Below the pieces are notes generated by a model. That model was not told the DNA's origin and did no database searches. It was given only the letters and a program-made list of their open reading frames with translations. Source: Macrostomum lignano (lineage: Eukaryota). Taken from it: a stretch of DNA of 64,000 nt. The DNA is taken from NCBI GenBank assembly GCA_002269645.1, contig NIVC01000973.1:50444-114443 (forward strand), read 5' to 3'. The stretch's first letter is position 1; each line of letters starts with the position of its first letter. Below are positions 27,301 to 39,716 of this stretch, piece after piece. The position numbers and the translations under genes were made by a program.

Positions 27301-30300
27301 AGACACCATCGAAAGCTTCATTCAGACACCATCGAAGCTTCATTCAGACACATCGAAGCTTCATTCAGACACCATCGAAGCTTCATTCAGACACCATCGA
27401 AGCTTCATTCAGACACCATCGAAGCTTCATTCAGACACCATCGAAGCTTCATTCAGACACGATCGAAGCTTCATTCAGACACATCGAAGCTTCATTCAGA
27501 CACCATCGAAGCTTCATTCAGACACCATCGAAGCTTCATTCAGACACCATCGAAGCTTCATTCAGACACATCGAAGCTTCATTCAGACACCATCGAAGCT
27601 TCATTCAGACACCATCGAAGCTTCATTCAGACACGATCGAAGCTTCATTCAGACACGATCGAAGCTTCATTCAGACACGATCGAAGCTTCATTCAGACAC
27701 CATCGAAGCTGCATTCAGACATCATCGAAGCTTCATTCAGACATCATCAAAGCTTCATTCAGACATCAAAGCTTCATTCAGACACCATCGAAGCTTCATT
27801 CAGACACCATCGAAGCTGATCATTCAGACACGATCGAAGCTTCATTCAGACACCATCGAAGCTTCATTCAAACACGATCGAAGCGTCATTCAGACACGAT
27901 CGAAGCTTCATCCAGACACGGTCGAAGCTTCATTCAGACATCATCAAAGCTTCATTCAGACACCATCGAAGCTTCATTCAGACATCATCGAAGCTTCATT
28001 CAGACACCATCGAAGCTTCATTCAGACACATCGAAGCTGATCATTCAGACACCATCGAAGCTTCATTCAGACACCATCGAAGCTTCATTCAGACACCATC
28101 GAAGCTTCATTCAGACACCATCGAAGCTGCATTCAGACACGATCGAAGCTTCATTCAGACACCATCGAAGCTTCATTCAGACACGATCGAAGCTTCATTC
28201 AGACACCATCGAAGCTTCATTCAGACACATCGAAGCTTCATTCAGACACGATCGAAGCTTCATTCAGACACCATCGAAGCTTCATTCAGACACCATCGAA
28301 GCTTCATTCAGACACATCGAAGCTTCATTCAGACACATCGAAGCTTCATTCAGACACATCGAAGCTTCATTCAGACACGATCGAAGCTTCATTCAGACAC
28401 CATCGAAGCTTCATTCAGACACCATCGAAGCTTCATTCAGACACCATCGAAGCTTCATTCAGACACCATCGAAGCTTCATTCAGACACGATCGAAGCTTC
28501 ATTCAGACACCATCGAAGCTTCATTCAGACACCATCGAAGCTTCATTCAGACACGATCGAAGCTTCATTCAGACACCATCGAAGCTTCATTCAACACGAT
28601 CGAAGCTTCATTCAGACACGATCGAAGCTTCATTCAGACACCATCGAAGCTTCATTCAGACACATCAAAGCTTCATTCAGACACCATCGAAGCTTCATTC
28701 AGACATCATCGAAGCTTCATTCAGACACCATCGAAGCTTCATTCAGACATCATCGAAGCTTCATTCAGACACGATCAAGCTTCATTCAGACACATCGAAG
28801 CTGATCATTCAGACACCATCGAAGCTTCATTCAGACACCATCGAAGCTTCATTCAGACACCATCGAAGCTTCATTCAGACACCATCGAAGCTTCATTCAG
28901 ACACATCGAAGCTTCATTCAGACACATCGAAGCTTCATTCAGACACGATCGAAGCTTCATTCAGACACCATCGAAGCTTCATTCAGACACATCGAAGCTG
29001 CATTCAGACACGATCGAAGCTTCATTCAGACACCATCGAAGCTTCATTCAGACACCATCGAAGCTTCATTCAGACATCATCGAAGCTTCATTCAGACACC
29101 ATCGAAGCTGATCATTCAGACACCATCGAAGCTTCATTCAGACATCATCGAAGCTTCATTCAGACACGATCGAAGCTTCATTCAGACACCATCGAAGCTT
29201 CATTCAGACACCATCGAAGCTTCATTCAGACACCATCGAAGCTTCATTCAGACACCATCAAAGCTTCATTCAGACACCATCGAAGCTTCATTCAGACATC
29301 ATCAAAGCTTCATTCAGACACGATCGAAGCTTCATTCAGACACCATTAAAGCTTCATTCAGACACCATCGAAGCTGATCATTCAGACACGATCGAAGCTT
29401 CATTCAATTACCATCGAAGCTTCATTCAGACACCATCGAAGCTTCATTCAGACACCATCGAAGCTTCATTCAGACATCATCGAAGCTTCATTCAGACACG
29501 ATCGAAGCTTCATTCAGACACATCGAAGCTTCATTCAGACACCATCGAAGCTTCATTCAGACACCATCGAAGCTTCATTCAGACACCATCGAAGCTTCAT
29601 TCAGACATCATCGAAGCTTCATTCAGACACCATCGAAGCTTCATTCAGACACCATCGAAGCTTCATTCAGACACCATCGAAGCTTCATTCAGACACGATC
29701 GAAGCTTCATTCAGACACGATCGAAGCTTCATTCAGACACGATCGAAGCTTCATTCAGACACCATCGAAGCTGCATTCAGACATCATCGAAGCTTCATTC
29801 AGACATCATCAAAGCTTCATTCAGACATCAAAGCTTCATTCAGACACCATCGAAGCTTCATTCAGACACCATCGAAGCTTCATTCAGACACCATCGAAGC
29901 TTCATTCAGACACATCGAAGCTTCATTCAACACGATCGAAGCGTCATTCAGACACGATCGAAGCTTCATCCAGACACGGTCGAAGCTTCATTCAGACATC
30001 ATCAAAGCTTCATTCAGACACCATCGAAGCTTCATTCAGACATCATCGAAGCTGCATTTAGACACGATCAAAGCTTCATTCAGACAGCATTGAAGCTGAT
30101 CATTCAGACACCATCGAAGCTTCATTCAGACACCATCGAAGCTTCATTCAGACACCATCGAAGCTTCATTCAGACACCATCGAAGCTGCATTCAGACACG
30201 ATCGAAGCTTCATTCAGACACGATCGAAGCTTCATTCAGACACGATCGAAGCTTCATTCAGACACCATCGAAGCTTCATTCAGACAGCATTGAAGCTGCA

Positions 30301-31957
30301 TTCAGACACGATCGAAGCTTCATTCAGACACCATCGAAGCTTCATTCAGACACCATCGAAGCTTCATTCAGACATCATCGAAGCTGCATTCAGACACGAT
30401 CGAAGCTTCATTCAGACACGATCAAAGCTTCATTCAGACACGATCGAAGCTTCATTCAGACACCATCGAAGCTTCATTCAGACACCATCGAAGCTTCATT
30501 CAGACACCATCGAAGCTTCATTCAGACACCATCGAAGCTGCATTCAGACACGATCGAAGCTTCATTCAGACACCATCGAAGCTTCATTCAGACACCATCG
30601 AAGCTGATCATTCAGACACGATCGAAGCTTCATTCAGACACCATCGAAGCTTCATTCAAACACGATCGAAGCGTCATTCAGACACGATCGAAGCTTCATC
30701 CAGACACGGTCGAAGCTTCATTCAGACATCATCAAAGCTTCATTCAGACACCATCGAAGCTTCATTCAGACATCATCAAAGCTTCATTCAGACACCATCG
30801 AAGCTTCATTCAGACATCATCGAAGCTGCATTTAGACACGATCAAAGCTTCATTCAGACAGCATTGAAGCTGATCATTCAGACACCATCGAAGCTTCATT
30901 CAGACACCATCGAAGCTTCATTCAGACACCATCGAAGCTTCATTCAGACACCATCGAAGCTGCATTCAGACACGATCGAAGCTTCATTCAGACACGATCG
31001 AAGCTTCATTCAGACACGATCGAAGCTTCATTCAGACACCATCGAAGCTTCATTCAGACAGCATTGAAGCTGCATTCAGACACGATCGAAGCTTCATTCA
31101 GACACCATCGAAGCTTCATTCAGACACCATCGAAGCTTCATTCAGACATCATCGAAGCTGCATTCAGACACGATCGAAGCTTCATTCAGACACGATCGAA
31201 GCTTCATTCAGACACGATCGAAGCTTCATTCGGACACCATCGAAGCTTCATTCAGACACCATCGAAGCTTCATTCAGACACCATCGAAGCTTCATTCAGA
31301 CACGATCGAAGCTGCATTCAGACACGATCGAAGCTTCATTCAGACACCATCGAAGCTTCATTCAGACACCATCGAAGCTTCATTCAGACACGATCGAAGC
31401 TTCATTCAGACACGATCGAAGCTTCATTCAGACAGCATTGAAGCTGATCATTCAGACACCATCGAAGCTTCATTCAAAAACCATCGAAGCTTCATTCAGA
31501 CACCATCGAAGCTTCATTCAGACATCATCGAAGCTGCATTCAGACACGATCGAAGCTTCATTCAGACACGATCGAAGCTTCATTCAGACACGATCGAAGC
31601 TTCATTCAGACACGATCGAAGCTTCATTCAGACACGATCGAAGCTTCATTCAGACACCATCGAAGCTTCATTCAGACACCATCGAAGCTTCATTCAGACA
31701 CGATCGAAGCTTCATTCAGACAGCATTGAAGCTGATCATTCAGACACCATCGAAGCTGCATTCAGACACCATCGAAGCTTCATTCAGACACCATCGAAGC
31801 TTCATTCATTCACCATCAAAGCTTCATTCATTCACCATCAAAGCTTCATTCATTCACCATCGAAGCTTCATTCAGACACCATCGAAGCTTCATTCAGACA
31901 CCATCGAAGCTTCATTCAGACACGATCGAAACTTCATTCAGACATCATTTAAACACC
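18332..31957. repeat. 13.6-kb 22-bp satellite (CAGACACCATCGAAGCTTCATT)n, ~620 copies, inside the last DEG/ENaC intron
   Basis: Directly visible; the unit contains the palindrome GAAGCTTC (HindIII site); recurrent variant units define higher-order blocks. Confidence 0.98.
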
Positions 31958-32249
31958 ATTAAATAAGCTCAGAACACAGACAGTAGACATATGACATCCA
32001 TTTTTGTATCGAACTATTTTCTCCAATACAGTTTTGAAAGATTATGTTAAGCCGTTCAAATAAACGCGACTCGCAATGCCAAAACCGGAATCCTCGACAA
32101 CGCCGCTCTAATTATGCAGCTTGGCTAAAGTAAAGTTCCCGGATATTACATTTGTGTTTCAAATTCTGCTGTTGAGACAGAGCGGGATCTGTGAGCAGCT
32201 GTGTTTAAAGCAAAGATATACTAAAGCGACCATGCGTATGCAGACAGAC

Positions 32250-32367
32250 CTGAAATGAGGCGGGCTTCAACTGGCGATTCGAAATGACCAGGTACTCCAG
32301 CTGCTTGTGGCTCGAATCGTCAAGACACGGCGATTGCTTTGTACTTTTGGCGTCGAATTCTTGGTAC
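32250..32367 (-). CDS. DEG/ENaC exon 4, copy A (118 nt)
   Basis: CAG|G TAC CAA...TTT CAG|GTCTG; encodes (R)YQEFDAKSTKQSPCLDDSSHKQLEYLVISNRQLKPASFQ; phase 2->0 bridges exon 3 to exon 5. Confidence 0.8.
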
Positions 32368-32465
32368 CTGTGCGCACGGTTTGGCCCGTGTTTATGGGGC
32401 AAGATGTTCAGAGCCAGGTTATTGGCGATTCTATGAAATTCAATTGTCTGCACAGGAGTTCGGCA

Positions 32466-33164
32466 GGGAGATTCCAACCCACCCCATCGGGAGATTCCAA
32501 CCCACCCCATCGGGAGATTCCAATCCACCCCATCGGGAGATTCCAATCCATTCCATCGGGAGATTCCAACCCACCCCATCGGGAGATTCCAATCCACTCC
32601 ATTGGGAGACTCCAATCCACTCCATTGGGAGACTCCAATCAACTCCATTGAGAGATTCCAATCAACTCTATTGGGAGATTCCAATCAACTCTATTGGGAG
32701 ATTCCAATCAACTCTATTGGGAGATTCCAATCAACTCTATTGGGAGATTCCAATCAACTCTATTGGGAGATTCCAATCCACCCCATCGGGAGATTCCAAT
32801 CCACTCCATTGGGAGACTCCAATCAACTCCATTGAGAGATTCCAATCAACTCTATTGGGAGATTCCAATCAACTCTATTAGGAGATTCCAATCAACTCTA
32901 TTGGGAGATTCCAATCAACTCTATTGGGAGACTCCAATCGACTCCATTGAGAGATTCCAATCAACTCTATTGGGAGATTCCAATCAACTCTATTGGGAGA
33001 TTCCAATCAACTCCATTGAGAGATTCCAATCAACTCTATTGGGAGACTCCAATCCACTCCATTGGGAGACTCCAATCCACTCCATTGGGAGACTCCAATC
33101 CACTCCATTGGGAGACTCCAATCGACTCCATTGAGAGATTCCAATCAACTCTATTGGGAGATTC
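32466..33164. repeat. 23-bp minisatellite (GGGAGATTCCAATCAACTCTATT)n, block 1
   Basis: Directly visible. Confidence 0.95.
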
Positions 33165-33629
33165 CATTCAGACACGATCGAAGCTTCATTCAGACAGCAT
33201 TGAAGCTGATCATTCAGACACCATCGAAGCTTCATTCAAAAACCATCGAAGCTTCATTCAGACACCATCGAAGCTTCATTCAGACATCATCGAAGCTGCA
33301 TTCAGACACGATCGAAGCTTCATTCAGACAGCATTGAAGCTGCATTCAGACACGATCGAAGCTTCATTCAGACACCATCGAAGCTTCATTCAGACACCAT
33401 CGAAGCTTCATTCAGACATCATCGAAGCTGCATTCAGACACCATCGAAGCTTCATTCAGACACCATCGAAGCTTCATTCATTCACCATCAAAGCTTCATT
33501 CATTCACCATCAAAGCTTCATTCATTCACCATCGAAGCTTCATTCAGACACCATCGAAGCTTCATTCAGACACCATCGAAGCTTCATTCAGACACGATCG
33601 AAACTTCATTCAGACATCATTTAAACACC
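33165..33629. repeat. Duplicated terminal part of the 22-bp satellite
   Basis: Carries the same rare variants (CAGACAGCATTGAAG, TTCAAAAACC, CATTCACCATCAAAG) as 31430-31957. Confidence 0.92.
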
Positions 33630-33921
33630 ATTAAATAAGCTCAGAACACAGACAGTAGACATATGACATCCATTTTTGTATCGAACTATTTTCTCCAATA
33701 CAGTTTTGAAAGATTCTGTTAAGCCGTTCAAATAAACGCGACTCGCAATGCCAAAACCGGAATCCTCGACAACGCCGCTCTAATTATGCAGCTTGGCTAA
33801 AGTAAAGTTCCCGGATATTACATTTGTGTTTCAAATTCTGCTGTTGAGACAGAGCGGGATCTGTGAGCAGCTGTGTTTAAAGCAAAGATATACTAAAGCG
33901 ACCATGCGTATGCAGACAGAC

Positions 33922-34039
33922 CTGAAATGAGGCGGGCTTCAACTGGCGATTCGAAATGACCAGGTACTCCAGCTGCTTGTGGCTCGAATCGTCAAGACAC
34001 GGCGATTGCTTTGTACTTTTGGCGTCGAATTCTTGGTAC
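33922..34039 (-). CDS. DEG/ENaC exon 4, copy B (118 nt, identical to copy A)
   Basis: Exact copy at offset 1672 bp, with intact AG and GT sites. Confidence 0.8.
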
Positions 34040-34137
34040 CTGTGCGCACGGTTTGGCCCGTGTTTATGGGGCAAGATGTTCAGAGCCAGGTTATTGGCGA
34101 TTCTATGAAATTCAATTGTCTGCACAGGAGTTCGGCA

Positions 34138-34830
34138 GGGAGATTCCAACCCACCCCATCGGGAGATTCCAACCCACCCCATCGGGAGATTCCAATCCAC
34201 CCCATCGGGAGATTCCAATCCATTCCATCGGGAGATTCCAACCCACCCCATCGGGAGATTCCAATCCACTCCATTGGGAGACTCCAATCCACTCCATTGG
34301 GAGACTCCAATCAACTCCATTGAGAGATTCCAATCAACTCTATTGGGAGATTCCAATCAACTCTATTGGGAGATTCCAATCAACTCTATTGGGAGATTCC
34401 AATCAACTCTATTGGGAGATTCCAATCAACTCTATTGGGAGATTCCAATCCACCCCATCGGGAGATTCCAATCCACTCCATTGGGAGACTCCAATCAACT
34501 CCATTGAGAGATTCCAATCAACTCTATTGGGAGACTCCAATCCACTCCATTGGGAGACTCCAATCCACTCCATTGGGAGACTCCAATCCACTCCATTGGG
34601 AGACTCCAATCGACTCCATTGAGAGATTCCAATCAACTCTATTGGGAGATTCCAATCAACTCTATTGGGAGATTCCAATCAACTCTATTGGGAGATTCCA
34701 ATCAACTCTATTGGGAGATTCCAATCAACTCTATTGGGAGATTCCAATCAACTCTATTGGGAGATTCCAATCAACTCCATTGGGAGATTCCAATTCACTC
34801 CATTGGGAGATTATAATCAACTCCATTGAG
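34138..34830. repeat. 23-bp minisatellite, block 2
   Basis: Directly visible. Confidence 0.95.
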
Positions 34831-35011
34831 AGTTCCCACTTATTTCGAGGAAGTTGAACAGTAAACTTCCTATCTCGCCAATGTTTAATGGAACAATTTT
34901 TGAGCAATTTTAATGTCCATCTGCTTTATAGCTGCCCGGGAGCCAAGCCTGCAGACCCCGGGGTTGCTTTTGCCCTACCCCGATGGAACAAAAGTCAGTG
35001 CAGCTCAGTAC

Positions 35012-35423
35012 CGAATGTCCACAATGGTCTCCTCTCCGTTGCTGGCCTCGATGCGGTTTCCGTGGGTCGGGTAGGTGCCCTGCGGGTGCACGTAGACCAC
35101 GGCGCCGCCGCTGCCCTGCATGTTGAACCAGTCGCCGGGCAGGTTGGTCAGGCCGGTAGTGACGCCCGGATCGCCGTTGAAGGAGTCGGTGAAGACAACC
35201 AGTCGGAGCTCGTTCAGCTCATTCACGGTGACGTTTGGCCGTCGGGCGCGGAACCGGGCAAGGCTGAAGGTCATGCAGGCCGGGCTGGCGGGCAGGGCGG
35301 CCGGCAGGAAGTCGGACTGGTCGCAGGCCAGCATGCCGTAGGCGCACCAGAGAAGCATGGAGGCCGGGCTGGCGCTGAACTGAGCCAGCATGAAGATGCC
35401 GTAGGTGTCACGGATCACCAGGT
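35012..35423 (-). CDS. DEG/ENaC exon 3 (palm/beta-ball)
   Basis: MLLWCAYGMLACDQSDF..ACMTF..ELRLVVF..GAVVYVHPQGTYP..GEETIVDIR; CCAG| acceptor at 35424 and |GTACTG donor at 35011; 412 nt, phase 1->2. Confidence 0.88.
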
Positions 35424-35426
35424 CTG

Positions 35427-37439
35427 GAGTGACGGGAGTGACAATTCGAGTGAAGTGCCGGAGTGACCTTTCGAGTGAAATTCCAGAGTGACACTCCAAG
35501 CGAGGCGCCGGAGTTACAGTGTGAGTGAAGCGCTGGAGTGACAGTGTAAGTGAAGCGCCGGAGTGACAGTGCGAGTGAAGCGCCGGAGTGACACTGTGAG
35601 TGAAGCGCCGGAGTGACAGTGCGAGTGAAGCGCTGGAGTGACACTGTGAGTGAAGCGCTTGAGTGACAGTGTGAGTGAAGTGCCGGAGTGGAAGTGTGAG
35701 TAAAGTGCCGGAGTGACACTGTGAGTGAAGCGCCGGAGTGACAGTGTGAGTGAAGCGCCGGAGTGACAGTGTAATTGAAGCGGCGGAGTGACACTGTGAG
35801 TGAAGCGCCGGAGTGACAGTGTAAGTGAAGCGGCGAAGTGACACTGTGAGTGAAGCGCCGGAGTGACACTGTGAGTGAAGCGCCGGAGTGACAGTGTGAG
35901 TGAAGTGCCGGAGTGACAGTGTAAGTGAAGCGGCGGAGTGACACTGTGAGTGAAGCGCCGGAGTGACAGTGTGAGTGAAGCGCCGGAGTGACAGTGTAAG
36001 TGAAGCGGCGAAGTGACAGTGTGAGTGAAGCGCCGGAGTGACAGTGTAAGTCAAGCGGCGAAGTGACACTGTGAGTGAAGCGCCGGAGTGACACTGTGAG
36101 TGAAGTGCCGGAGTGACAGTGTGAGTGAAGCGCCGGAGTGACACTGTGAGTGAAGCGCCGGAGTGACAGTGTGAGTGAAGTGCCGGAGTGACAGTGTGAG
36201 TGAAGCGCCGGAGTGACACTGTGAGTGAAGTGCCGGAGTGACAGTGTAAGTGAAGCGGCGGAGTGACACTGTGAGTGAAGCGCCGGAGTGACAGTGTGAG
36301 TGAAGCGCCGGAGTGACAGTGCGAGTGAAGCGCTGGAGTGACACTGTGAGTGAAGCGCCGGAGTGACAGTGTGAGTGAAGTGCCGGAGTGGAAGTGTGAG
36401 TAAAGTGCCGGAGTGACACTGTGAGTGAAGCGCCGGAGTGAAAGTGTGAGTAAAGCGCTGGAGTGACACTGTGAGTGAAGCGCTGGAGTGACACTGTGAG
36501 TGAAGCGCCGGAGTGACAGTGTAAGTGAAGTGCCGGAGTGAAAGTGTGAGTAAAGTGCCGGAGTGACAGTGTGAGTGAAGCGCCGGAGTGACAGTGTAAG
36601 TGAAGCGCCGGAGTGACAGTGTAATTGAAGCGGTGGAGTGACACTGTGAGTGAAGCGCCGGAGTGACAGTGTAAGTGAAGCGCCGGAGTGACAGTGTAAT
36701 TGAAGCGGCGGAGTGACACTGTGAGTGAAGCGCCGGAGTGACAGTGTAAGTGAAGCGGCGAAGTGACAGTGTGAGTGAAGCGCCGGAGTGACAGTGTGAG
36801 TGAAGCGCCGGAGTGACAGTGTGAGTGAAGCGCCGGAGTGACAGTGTGAGTGAAGCGCCGGAGTGACAGTGTGAGTGAAGTGCCGGAGTGACAGTGTAAG
36901 TGAAGCGGCGGAGTGACACTGTGAGTGAAGCGCCGGAGTGACAGTGTAAGTGAAGCGCCGGAGTGACAGTGTAAGTGAAGCGGCGAAGTGACAGTGTGAG
37001 TGAAGCGCCGGAGTGACAGTGTAAGTCAAGCGGCGAAGTGACACTGTGAGTGAAGCGCCGGAGTGACACTGTGAGTGAAGTGCCGGAGTGACAGTGTGAG
37101 TGAAGCGCCGGAGTGACACTGTGAGTGAAGCGCCGGAGTGACAGTGTGAGTGAAGTGCCGGAGTGACACTGTGAGTGAAGCGCCGGAGTGACACTGTGAG
37201 TGAAGTGCCGGAGTGACAGTGTAAGTGAAGCGGCGGAGTGACACTGTGAGTGAAGCGCCGGAGTGACAGTGTGAGTGAAGCGCCGGAGTGACACTGTGAG
37301 TGAAGTGCGGGAGTGACACTGTGAGTGAAGCGCCGGAGTGAAAGTGTGAGTAAAGTGCCGAAGTGACACTGTGAGTGAAGCGCTGGAGTGACACTGCAAG
37401 TGAAGCGCCGGAGTTTCACTGTGAGTGAAGCGCTAGAGT
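35427..37439. repeat. 25-bp minisatellite (GAGTGACACTGTGAGTGAAGCGCCG)n, ~80 copies, DEG/ENaC intron 2
   Basis: Directly visible; accounts for most of ORFs 35005..37419 and 35408..37399. Confidence 0.96.
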
Positions 37440-37763
37440 GGGGCTCTCCAACAACTCACTCGTAAATTATGTGGCTGCGGCATTAAAATTACTCCTTAAA
37501 AATCAGTGTTCGCATCTCATCCCCAGCTGCGATGGATTTCATATCGGACACTCTGTTGTGTTTAATTATATGCAACCCTGAGCAGAAGCACTGCAATCTC
37601 CATCCAGCAGCGTCTTGCGGACTAAAAACTGAAAAATAGGATCTTGAGCCGGCAATCCGGCAGAAAGGGAAGTCTGCGCACTCGACTCAAAGCAGCGTTA
37701 TGCAGTCTCTTTCTTAGCGTTTTTGAGGAGTTTTTTGCCAGGCTTCGCTTATCAGGCTATTCT

Positions 37764-38085
<322 letters not shown>

Positions 38086-38213
38086 AACATTTACAAAGCA
38101 AAATCACGATACCTTTTTCTTTTTTTTACAGTAATCTCACCATTGACAGTCTCATTATCGATTCCCTCAGTTGGATATCCCAAGCAAGGCTGAAAATCCC
38201 TAAACTGGCTCAC

Positions 38214-38353
38214 TGGGCAGGTTGTAGACACCGTCGTCCTCAGCCCTGAGCGTGTCCGTGTCCAGCTCGTAGTCTCCATATCTGTCGCGCAGGTACCGTC
38301 GGACGCTTCCATTCAGAATCTGCCTCACCTTCTGCACGCTCTCGTACACCGGC
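38214..38353 (-). CDS. DEG/ENaC exon 2 (finger region)
   Basis: CCCCAG|G CCG GTG TAC ... CTG CCC A|GTGAGC; 140 nt, phase 2->1, matching both neighbours. Confidence 0.82.
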
Positions 38354-38443
38354 CTGGGGATTTCAGTTGGGATTAAATTAGTGCTCTTTATTTGATGCAA
38401 GCTCTAGAGAAGGGACAGCCGGTTGATTAGAATGCCCTACACC

Positions 38444-39160
38444 AGGTCAATTAGAATGCCCTACACCGGGTGATTCGGGATGTCTTACACCGGGTGATTC
38501 GGGATGTCTTACACCGGGTCATTCGGATGTCCTACACCGGGTGATTCGGGATGTCTTACACCGGGTGATTCGGGATGTCTTACACCGGGTGATTCGGGAT
38601 GTCTTACACCGGGTCATTCGGGATGTCTTACACCGGGTCATTCGGATGTCCTACACCGGGTCATTCGGATGTCCTACACCGGGTCATTCGGGATGTCTTA
38701 CACCGGGTGATTCGGGATGTCTTACACCGGGTCATTCGGATGTCCTACACCGGGTCATTCGGGATGTCTTACACCGGGTCATTCGGATGTCCTACACCGG
38801 GTCATTTGGGATGTCTTACACCGGGTCATTCGGGATGTCCTACATCGGGTCATTCGGGATGTCCTACATCGGGTCATTTGGGATGTCCTACACCGGGTCA
38901 TTCGGGATGTCCTACACCGGGTCATTCGGGATGTCCTACATCGGGTCATTCGGGATGTCTTACACCGGGTCATTCAGGATGTCTTACACCGGGTCATTCG
39001 GGATGTCCTACACCGGGTCATTCAGGATGTCTTACACCGGGACATTCGGGATGTCTTACACCGGGTCATTCGGGATGTCCTACACCGGGTCATTTGGGAT
39101 GTCCTACACCGGGTCATTTGGGATGTCCTACACCGGGTCATTCGGGATCACGGATACCGG
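38444..39160. repeat. 24-bp (22/24 variant) minisatellite (ACCGGGTCATTCGGGATGTCCTAC)n, DEG/ENaC intron 1
   Basis: Directly visible. Confidence 0.95.
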
Positions 39161-39207
39161 GTCTAAATTCGGAGACAAGTGAGTCTAATCTCAATCCTCA
39201 GACAGAC

Positions 39208-39716
39208 CTGAATCTGTTGCTGATTTCAACTCGGCCATCGCCGCTGTCGTTGAACACTCGGCTGATGGCGAACATCATCCGGTTGCAGACGGTGATGTCA
39301 GGGGCGATGTAGCGGCCGCCCTTCGGATTGATCTTAGTGGTGATGGGCTGGTCGCGAAACTTCACCGCCAGCAGGGACAGGTGCACGGTGAAAGCGACAA
39401 GAGCGGCCGAGATCAGCGTCAACCAGGCGATCTGGACGGCTCGCAGCGGATGGTTCAGGTGGCGGAACCCGTGCGCCGTGGTGCTCCCGGCGAACAACCG
39501 AAAGGTGCTGACCACGCTGGTGGATGCGGACACAGAACTCCTGTCGGGGTTGGAGCAGTTGGTTGAACTTGAAATTGAATCAGGGATATGGCTAGGGTTG
39601 GGGTTAGGAACATTGTTCTGCATGCTGAATGAAGAAACATTCAAGCTGACTGAGGCGGTGTTCCCATTCGAAGGTCGATTGGGCGCCTTTGCCGGCCCTG
39701 TTTCCGTTTGTTTCAT
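39208..39716 (-). CDS. DEG/ENaC exon 1 (N-terminus, HG motif, TM1)
   Basis: FAGSTTAHGFRHL (conserved HG), TM1 IAWLTLISAALVAFTVHLSLL, PDITVCN; donor TTC AG|GTCTGT at 39207. The five exons sum to 1974 nt = 657 aa + stop. Start Met (39716) inferred. Confidence 0.9.

Noticed and set aside
32466-34830. CRISPR-like appearance of the 23-bp partly palindromic repeats
   Set aside because: Units are directly abutted with no unique spacers, there are no cas genes, and the context is a eukaryotic intron.
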